Part shown: one piece after another, positions 54,001-64,000 of the stretch
Position numbering within the stretch: position 1 is the stretch's first letter
How the letters are laid out: each line of letters begins with the position of its first letter
Origin: Peribolospora baueri
Taxonomy: Eukaryota
Direction of reading: 5' to 3'
Assembly: GCA_029717555.1 (NCBI GenBank)
Contig: JAMDHS010000033.1
Span: 1 to 64,000, forward strand
Length of the DNA: 64,000 nucleotides
Translations under genes and position numbers: made by a program
The notes under the pieces: generated by a model
The model's database searches: none
Told to the model about the DNA's origin: nothing
What the model saw: the letters and a program-made list of their open reading frames with translations, nothing else

Positions 54001-54819
54001 GGATCGAGTCAAGGGAGCGGTTTCGAGGTTTGCCATCGCGGATGCCGATCTAGCCAGGTGTCCCTGCTCGCGGTCAGCCGACCTGTCCGAGGCTACGATG
54101 GAGTCGGAGGGAACGGCTATGTGGTCCGGCGAGTCGACCGAGGGCGCGCCGAGAAGGGTGCCCTGCTCGGTGACGAGCTTGACCATCTGTCCGTTCTCGT
54201 CTGGCTTCATCAGCGAATTTCGACGGCCCAAGGTCAGATGCGGCACGGGTCCGCCTCCGTCCGACGCCACGCCGAGGCTGGTCCGACGACTGGTCGACCC
54301 GACGCTGTTGGGGCCGTTCGTTCCGCCGCCGTTGGCAGCGACATCATCGGCCTTGGGCGGAGGCCCGGGGACGGTGCGCTGCCTCCAGTCGCTCACGTCG
54401 CGGGGACCAGCGTCGGCGGCATCAGCGAGGGGCGTAAGGTCATCGTCTCCGTCATCGTCGTCGGTGTAAGCGGCGCTCGCCTCCCTCGTCCTGCGCATGA
54501 GCTCATGGCGGTCGACGATCTCGAAGCGAGCGTCGTCGGCGGGGAGATGGAGGGATCGCTTGCGGGCGCGAGGGCCGCCGGGGGTGAGGAGGGAGGCATC
54601 CATGGGGGCGTCCGCGCTGGAGACGGCCCTCGGTCGGCCGGTAGGAGGAGGAGACCGGACGCTGTCGTTCACAGACAAGTCTCCGTCTACGGGGGCGGCC
54701 TCTAGCTCCGAGGCGGTATCACCGATGGCGCCAGCGAGCTTGCCGGCTGGGGATGAGGTGGTGGTGGTGCGGATACGGTCGCGAGACCTGGGTTGACGCT
54801 CCTTGAAGAGGCGATTCAT
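51040..54819 (-). CDS. GRAM + VASt (StART-like) membrane-contact-site sterol transporter (Lam/Ysp2/Ltc family)
   Basis: GFAVASSKRNAEFHQMF; EDDYLIE|DYGCAWQREILIQGRIYISENHMCF; IIPNAI; FTSFLSRDSTYDLI; TTRTPDVPSGSSFSVKT; C-terminal transmembrane helix LLVLVLLLSNLWTF. Confidence 0.92.
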
Positions 54820-55351
54820 GTGGCCGCCGCGTGTCTGTTCGTGCTCCTGCTTGCTCCTCTAGGCAGCCTGTGCTCTGGGGAAGCGAGTTATCGTCGATCG
54901 TCGTTCGTGTCGGTCGCCGTGACGGAGGTGCCTGGGGAAGTGCGGAGGCTGATCAACCTGGCGGTGTTGCCGCTGCGGGCGGTGGGGGGTGGGTGCCGTC
55001 TCCTGAGACGCCGGGAGGCGTCCGGCAGCGAGGAGGAGGTGGCGACGAAGGCGAGAGGTTGCCAGAAGAGGGAAGTTGGTGTTTATCTTGTCGCCAATCT
55101 GATCCTCTCCATCCGTCGCCGCCTTCGCCGACTACCGACGTCTGCTGATCACGACCTCCCGACTGCGGCACGGCGACCACGGCCCCGGCCGGGCTCGCTC
55201 GCTTGCCATTGCCGCAGCCGCCGATCACTGCGACTGCGGTAACGGGTGTTCCTATGTCGACGACCTGAGTACGTCTTCCTGACCCTGTCCCGCATCTCTG
55301 GCCACAACCCCTCGTCTCGTCTCGTTTTGATCTCTCTCACCTCGCCCAGCC

Positions 55352-56793
<1,442 letters not shown>

Positions 56794-57577
56794 CCGGGGT
56801 CTCAAAGGTTGCCAAAACATTGACCGTCGTCGATCAGTAATGTTGTGCTGGTAGTGGGGTGGGGCCAGCGTCCGGTATCCTATCTGTCTGTCCGTCCTCG
56901 TCCTCGTCGTCGCGCTCCCACATCGACCCTCATGAGCAGAAAATGCCATCCTTCCTTCCCTTCTTCCAACTTTCCTCTCATCGACGAATGTACGATACCA
57001 GTCGCCGCGCCGTCGTCTTAAGGGAGAAAAAGCTAGAGGTCGTACGACGCCCCGGTTAGGAGGGACTGCACGCGTCGCGTGCCGAACTGTGCGCTCAGAT
57101 CATCCAACCTCTCCGGCCCACTCGCCCCGTCTCGCAGCGACGACGGAGCGGTGCCTCTTCAAAGCGCCGGCCTGTAGGCACGGTGTATACACGCGTCTTC
57201 ACACGTGTAGCATGTAGAGGCAGAGGCGTCTTGTTCATACAACGGCCAAACGATGAACCGCCGATGCGGGCCGCAACGGCCCGGACCAAGCGAATCGAAA
57301 GGCCGCAAAGGAGGAGAGCGAGAGGAGGGCATGTGCTCCATGGATGCTGATTACATGCATTGCGGTGAGGTTGCCCGGATGAGACGAGCGATGCGGATGC
57401 ACATAGGGTAGGGGGAAGAGGAAGCGAGACCGGTCACCAGGTCTTCCAGGATCGAAATCGCTTCGAGTGCTACACGCGAGCGCAGCGGAGGAGGGGCCGA
57501 AGGGGAGGGGAGGAAATCCAAAAGAAAGAGGGAAAAGCGGAGGAAGGGATGGCGACGAAAGCGCGACCGCGTTTTGT

Positions 57578-58501
57578 TCACTTCTTCTGGCCCTTGGCCG
57601 CCGCGGCCTGAGCCTTGACGACGCGCTTGACGATCTTTGCCTCCTCGACCAGGAAAGCGCGGATGATACTGCGAAGAGGACATGAACGAAAACGGGAACC
57701 CCACCGGTCAGAGCGGGTCCACAGGCAATCCATCGAGCCATCCATCACTCACCGCGACCTGACACAGGTGGCGCACCGAGAGCCACCGTACGCGCGCTGG
57801 ACGCTCTTGACGCGCTTGGACACCTGGGCGTACTCGCGCGGGCGGAGGGCGGGGATCTGAGAAGAGGGACGAGAAGAGCAACCGAGGGAGCGGTAAGCGT
57901 CGATCGAAGGGGTGTCGGAAGGAAACGTTCAGGGCCGCTCGACGGCGACCACGCCTCTAAAGACACACTCACGCCGGGCAAGGGAGTGTGGCAGTCACCG
58001 CACTTGGGCTGGCCAGCCTGCTTCTTAATGTGCAGGTAGCGGAGCTTGCCGCCGGGCGTCTTGATGACCCGACGGCGGTTGGACCGCGTGTTGTAGGGGT
58101 TGCGCTTGCGGAGGGTCACACGCTGGGCCCTGTTTTGCGGGTTGATAGGAAGGAGAGGAGAGAACGCCGTCAATAGGATGCGCAAGGGATGGCCGTCGAA
58201 CCTCGTTTGTCCCGGCCGCCCCTCGTCCATCACCCGACAACCGAGAAGCCCTCGTCGTCGCTCGTCGCCGTACGCCTTCGCCCCACGTCCTCGCCAGACA
58301 ACGCCCTCGCGCCCCCATGACCACGCCTGGCGGGCCCTGTTCGTCCTACATCCTCGCGCTACACTCGCTCGCCCGCTCCACCGACGGACGGACCGCCCGC
58401 ACGCACGCCCGCCCGCCCTTGCAAGTTCGCCACCCCGGTCTGCCAACGAGGAAAGAAACGACCCGAGTCGAACCGTCGCGCCGGGCGACGAATGCTCACA
58501 T
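57578..58501 (-). CDS. RPL34: 60S ribosomal protein L34 (eL34), 4 exons
   Basis: AQRVTLRKRNPYNTRSNRRRVIKTPGG; PKCGDC; RAYGGSRCATCVR; IIRAFLVEE; the start codon is split AT|G by intron 58499-58130. Confidence 0.95.
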
Positions 58502-58594
58502 TTTGACGTTTGCTGTAAGGAATTGCCGGGATCGATGGAAGAGACGGAGGGGAAGGAATTGGGCGGTGAAGCGGTTCAGAACGGACGACGAACA

Positions 58595-58719
58595 TCACGT
58601 GCGTCGCACAAAGGTGTGCTGCGGCTTCTCCTTGACCGCAGTTCAAAACTGTATCATTCCGAGCACAACCCTAACCGTAGTTGTTGGGCCGCAGCGCGAG
58701 ACGCACGTGCCTTCACGTG
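58595..58719. promoter_or_regulatory. RPL34 promoter with three CACGTG E-boxes and one AACCCTAA (TTAGGG) motif
   Basis: CACGTG at 58596, 58704 and 58714 (two as TCACGTG); AACCCTAA at 58667-58674; all 95-220 bp upstream of the start codon. Confidence 0.45.
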
Positions 58720-59127
58720 CAGGCTCGTCTCGCCTGTCGTGTCGCGTCCGACGATCCCTTCGTAACGTACCGCTCACTCGGTCAAGCGGGATGATCATCT
58801 CGCGTCTCGCATCTCGCAGTCGGAGAGGGGATCGATCGGCCAACTCGCAACTCGGAAGCGAGCGTGAACGCGGCGGATCTGATGCGTTCATTTAGAGGTC
58901 TAAGTCTAACGTAGGTAACAAGATGGAATCGTATTCCCGGGGTGAAAGAGGTATCGCCCACTATCGCCTCCCGCGCGAGTGAGGGGAGAGCGGATCGTGG
59001 AGCAGGAAGGAGGTGGGAGGGAGATGGGGATGATGAGACGAGGAGAGGAAAGAAGGAGGAGGCATTCCGTGAAACGCGCGCGCGCGTCGGTGGAGACGAA
59101 GGGCAGACCCGACCTTCCATCCATCCA

Positions 59128-61423
59128 TCACGTGGCGGCCTGGCTCACGGGCACGCCGCCGACGGTAAACTCGAGCTCGATGGCGCCTCCGCCAGCGAGC
59201 TTGGAGGTCGAATCGGGCTGGACGGCCGCAGCTTGAACGTTGGCGGAGGGCTCGTGAGCGTCAGCGACAGCGGAAGCGGAAGCGGGCGTCTGAGATGGAC
59301 GTGGCTCTGGCTCTGCATCGGCTTCTTTCTCGGTCGACGACGACGCCTCCGGCGCGCTGCCGTTGGCCTCGACCTTGTTCCCGTCCTCGGTGTTCTCAGA
59401 AGGAGCTTGCGTCGTCGCTGCGCCGGGAGCCGCGGCCGCTGTCTCCGTCTCTGTCTTCGTCTCCGTTACCGTCTTCTCCGTAGCATCTGCTCCGCCATTC
59501 GGCAGTGCCGATGACGAGGACACGCTCGCCGGCGCAGTCTCCTCCGGCCGGTCCTCCTCGTTGTCGGCGGCGGCGCGGGCCTCCTTCTCGTCGTTCGCCC
59601 CAGCCGCTGCGGGCGTTGCCGCTGGCGTTGTCTGCGCGGCCGCGTTCTGTTCGCTGTCGCTCGGCGGGGAAAGGTCGATGCGGGCGCCGGTGTCTGGGTC
59701 CAGATTGCGGGTGATGGTGACCCAGTACCTGAGGAGAGATAGATGGGAGGCGGGGAGGGATGGGAATGAGGAAACGTGGGGCCAGCATTGACCGCCGAGG
59801 GATGCGTTAAGCGCGTCGGTGACACTCACTTTTCGTAATCATACGTGTAACGATATCGGCCGCCGGCGAACTCGCTGTCGAGGTGCTCGGGCGGGACGAT
59901 GGTGGACATGGTGGGGTTGAAGGCGATCTTTTCTGGGAGAGCGAGCGGGCGGGCGAGGGTCAGCGGAGGTGTCCAAGGGGGCGGGCGAGAGGGCGAGGCT
60001 CGGGGACGGAAGACGGGGCTCGGAGACTGACCTTTGGTAATGGGATCCAAGAAGGGCGCGAGGAGCTTGAAGAAGAGGGTGATGAAGGTGGGCGTGTTGA
60101 CGACGATGCCCTTTCCCAGTCGCTCGACATAGTGGCTAGGACCGAAAGAAGGAAGGAAAGGAATGGGGGTGGAGACGGTGAGCAGGGAGTGTACTCATAC
60201 CGTACGGACGGACCGGCTTTTTGGCGGGCGGGGGGGGGACGCACTTCTGCAAGATGTTGGCGACGCGCTTGGAGGTGCTCAGGCTGGGCGAGGACTGTGA
60301 CATTGCGCCCTTGTAGTCGCAGATGATGGCGATGTTCTCTACTCCCGGTGGCATCATCTGCCGTGACGGAAACGCAGGGGGGGGATCAGACGCGGGCGAT
60401 CGCCGAGAAGGGCGGGGCAGCGAACGAGCAGCCGGGCTCACCTGTATGGCGCGCTCGAGGGCAAAGACCATGTGTCGGATCTGGCGCTCGCTGGGCTGGG
60501 TGTTCTCTCGGCCGGCGCGGAGGTAGAGGACGGGACGGCATTCTGGGAGCAGGCGAGTGAAAAAAATAAATAAAAATAAGTAAATAAAAATAAAAAGAGA
60601 GGCGAAGGTGAGCGGGGTGAGATCGCGGCGGTGCCATCATCGGCGCTCACCCCAGTCAAAGCCGGTGAGAATGCTTGGGAAGGACGAGATGGGAAGGAAA
60701 GGGTTCGTGAGCAAGGCGATGAAAACTGATCCGCCACAGGGAGCACACCGCCGCCGCCGACGCTCACATCTTGCCCGACTCTGCCTCGACGGCGACGTCG
60801 TTGGGCGGGATGAGGTCGGGCTTAAAGTCGCGTCTCCATTCGACGGTGCCTGAAAAGAAAAAAGAAAGAAAGAAAGAAATCATCGCCGTCGTCCTTCTCG
60901 CCCTTCGACCGCCCAGACGGAAGGGACACCCACCCTGGAGCCTCTTCTTGGCGTTCGCAAGGTCCCACTTGGCGGCGCGCATGTACCGGTCGTACATGCC
61001 CTCGTCGGCGAGGAAGCGAGCCTCGTGAGGCTTGTAGGGATCCGTGGGCGGGAGGGCGGCATGGAGGGTCTTGGCAAACTGGAGGCAGAAAAAAGAAGAA
61101 GGAGAAGGAGAGGCAGAGTCGGTCGGTCGGTCGGTCGGTTGGACGCAAGGCCAAGGCCGGCTCACCTCTTTCAACGCCGCCTTCTTGCCCTCCTGCTCCT
61201 CCGTCCTCTCACCCCGGGGCCGGGGCGTGCAACCGGGCAGAGGCTGGAGGAGGATGTCAGAAGTCCACTGGGGGGCGCCTTCGGAGACGCTTGCTCTCTC
61301 CTTGCCCTTGCCGGCGGCGGAGCGGGCCAGTGCGCCGTCGGACGACGACGACGACGACGCCGACGGGGTCGAGGCGTCGGCGGAGGCGGGGGCGAGGGAG
61401 CGTCGGCGGAGGAAGAAGCTCAT
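59128..61423 (-). CDS. Sec14/CRAL-TRIO lipid transfer protein (Pdr16/Sfh3-like)
   Basis: RYMRAAKWDL; TVEWRRDFKPD; EAESGK; GFD..RPVLYL; ILQNHYVERLG; APFLDPITKGKI; VPPEHLDSEFAGG; low-complexity acidic C-terminal tail. Confidence 0.9.
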
Positions 61424-61777
61424 CGTGTGGGTGGAGGAGAGAAGGGAAGAATGGGGAGGGGTGCAACGAGGGATCCGTCGGTCCGTCCGTCTGATCCTCG
61501 CTCGTCGGTCGGTCAGGTCAGTAAGAAGGTCTTCGGAAGGAGGGGCCGGCGAGGGCGTGCGTGGAACGGGCTTGAGTGGGTGTGTGTGTCTGATAACCCA
61601 TTACATACACATACATACACCACACCAACGAGCAAAACAAGCACACGTGCCCGGGCCGCGTTTTATTCTTCCTTCTTGTCTCGCCATTCCATCCCATTTC
61701 TTCCTCTCGAGAGTCGAGCGGACTCGATCCTGCTCCCGATCCATCATCAGTGATGATCCTCGTCCCGATTCTCCCCT

Positions 61778-61813
61778 CCCTGACCCTGACCCTGACCCTG
61801 ACCCTGACCCTGA
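61778..61813. repeat. (CCCTGA)6 hexamer repeat
   Basis: Six perfect CCCTGA units (TCAGGG on the minus strand). Confidence 0.9.
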
Positions 61814-63061
61814 TGACCGAGACCGAGACGAAGACGAAGACGGAAGACGAGACGCTGACCATGATCCACAACTACGCCCGCGCGCTCGCGTCACGTCACG
61901 TCGCCTCGCCAGTCGCCAGCGAACGAGGCAGTCTACGCGCGTCGATCCTCATCATCTCCATCCAACTCAACTCGACTCGACCGTCGACGAGGGAAAATAC
62001 AGAAAGAGAAGAAAGAGGCGTCTCGTCGGAAGCTCGGCCGGAAAACGAGACTGGACCGATCAGATCGGCATCATCGGCCTCGGCATTCATCGGCATTCAT
62101 CGGCATTCATCGGTTCGGGACGACACGGGTGGCGACGATGAGTTGATTATTCAATTTAAATATTCCATATGCACAGGCCATTATCGACCTAAAGAAGGGA
62201 CTGTACACGTGTTCAATCGCTCCGTCCGTCGACTCGACTTCTTTCCATTCCTTTTCTTTCTTCCTCGTCAACCCCCACCCCCTCCAGCTGGTCTTCCTGC
62301 TCCTGGAGAGGAAGGAAAGAAGAGGAGGCGAAAGAAGAGGAGGCCGGAGCATCCCATCCCTGCGCTATCTATCCCCTGCCCGGGGGTGCGCGGTGGCCGC
62401 CACACACGCGTACGCGCCCATGCCGTGCAGGGCCGTGCCGTGCCCGTGCATCTCCATAAATCATCCATCCATGAATCCATCATGTCGGCTTCGACGACGT
62501 GAACGTGACGTGCCTGCTCTCCCTTCTTCGTCTTTGAGCCCACTTTTCTCGTCCCCGTTCGTTCCTTCGTTCGGTCCGTCGGTCCGTCGGTCGACGTAAA
62601 TGGACGATGTGTGCGACACGAAACGACACGCGAAATGCCATTCTATTCGATCCCATCCAATCCAATCCACCAGCCCTCGAACCGACAAGACAAAACAAAA
62701 CAAGACAAGACCTACGCCGAACCAACTCGCACTCGGGGTCCGATCCGATCGGATCATGAGAGGAGAAGAGAAGAGAGAGAGGAAGGAAGGAAGGGAGGGA
62801 GGGCGAGAGGTGGGAACGAAAGGAAAGAAAAAAATGGGAAACGGAGACGAATGTTCGGGGTAGTAGTACGGGACGGAAGACTAGGTGGGTAGGTCTATAC
62901 ATATATATGGTATATATATGGTATATATATATGGGTCGATGGCGTCCGCGGGCGAGCGAGGGCAAGGGATGACTGGGTGGTAGGGCAGGAAGATCCGGCG
63001 GGCGGGCGCGTGATTTTCTGTTCGTCCTCCACCGAGGCGTAGCCTCCTCCCTCGGGCCGGC

Positions 63062-64000
63062 TCACATGGTCTTGAAGATGTACAAGCCGACGAGGGCGAC
63101 GCTGTAGCCAAAGATCTGCAGCGGCGTGATGGTGCTGCCGAGGAGGATGACAGAGGAGACGATGAGCAGAATGTCCTTGAATACGCCTGCCAGGGTGAGC
63201 GTCTAACAAACAAAAAAAAAAAAGGAAAAGTCAGCGATTCATGCGAGCGACCGTAGTCCTTGCGCCCCGACCGCCCGCCCGCTCACCAAACTGCTCGCGG
63301 CACCGATCAAGAAGACGGAAGCGACGTTGAGTCCAAAGGCGACGGAAGCGTTGGAGATGAGGACAAACGGGCCGAGCTTGGAGAGGTCGAGGAACGGCGC
63401 CCATCCTTCGGTGAAGGGGATCAGGAGCGAGTTGATGCCGGCGCAGACCTGTGGGGTCATACAGATGACGATGAGCAGGTGGACACTCGCGGCGCGGCGA
63501 CGAGACGGGAGACTCACCGGAGCGAAGTAGTAGAGGGAGACCTGCGCAGTTGGGTCGGCGGTGAGCGTTGGGACGAACGGCGTGCTGGGACAGACGGCGG
63601 ACGGCGGACGGCGGACTCACCAAAGGGTCCATCTTGAGTCCTTGCAACAAGACCTGAATCATGACGAGCCTACTCGACTCAAAGGCGATCGCGAGGACCT
63701 GGTAGACGAATCCTTCGAGGACAAACTCGAGTTCTCCGTAGGAGGCGATGGAGACGCCGGAGGAGATGAGGATGACGACCCAGAGCAGCTGTGGGTTTGC
63801 GTCCTTGAGCTTGAAGACGAAGGAGATGAGCAGGACGGCGACGGGGGTGAAGGCCTTGAGCATCTGAATAAAGGACACGCTCAAGGTGAGGTAGGCCATG
63901 TTGCTGAAGACGAGGGAGCCGGAGAAGAGGGCGCCGATGGGGAGGATGTTCTTGTACCACCTCTCCCACGTCATCTCCACGTCGTTCAGACCGTCGAGGA
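63062..64000 (-). CDS. Triose-phosphate/nucleotide-sugar transporter family protein; 5' part outside the window
   Basis: ILPIGALFSGSLVFSNMAYLTLSVSFIQMLKAFTPV; MDPLVSLYYFAPVC; AFGLNVASVFLIG; TLAGVFKDILL; the stop is either TGA at 63062-63064 or in a further short exon. Confidence 0.9.

Noticed and set aside
61750..61815. Box C (GTGATGA) ... box D (CTGA) snoRNA-like arrangement
   Set aside because: The interior is a simple CCCTGA repeat, the terminal stem is weak and no rRNA guide is evident.

Overview
GC-rich, intron-dense fungal genomic DNA, most likely a basidiomycete (short GT-AG introns, CTRAC branch points, many micro-exons), so the ORF track shows only exon fragments. Stitching exons by hand gives about 19 protein-coding loci. 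Recognisable ones are an A1 aspartic protease (cut by the window edge), a tyrosine/lipid phosphatase, an NDK-fold protein with a repeat tail, Exo84, a Chs4/Skt5-type Sel1 protein, Pom152, Smc4, ATP synthase subunit e, Hat2/RbAp48, a CaMKK, myosin I, a GRAM/VASt sterol transporter, Hem2, Rpl34, a Sec14/CRAL-TRIO protein and a TPT-family transporter (cut by the edge); a few are unknown proteins. The most unusual features are: (i) an NDK-like protein apparently lacking the catalytic His and Lys, fused to a tail of novel ~30-aa repeats; (ii) a 426-bp TG...CA fold-back element with ~160-bp arms and a central 66-bp tandem duplication; (iii) a PPT+LTR-like relic sharing the same TGTTACA terminus; (iv) a frameshifted Myb/SANT-like ORF beside the fold-back element; (v) candidate Tbf1/Cbf1 and MCB2-like promoter motifs. 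All identifications come from motif recognition by eye; no database searches were run.
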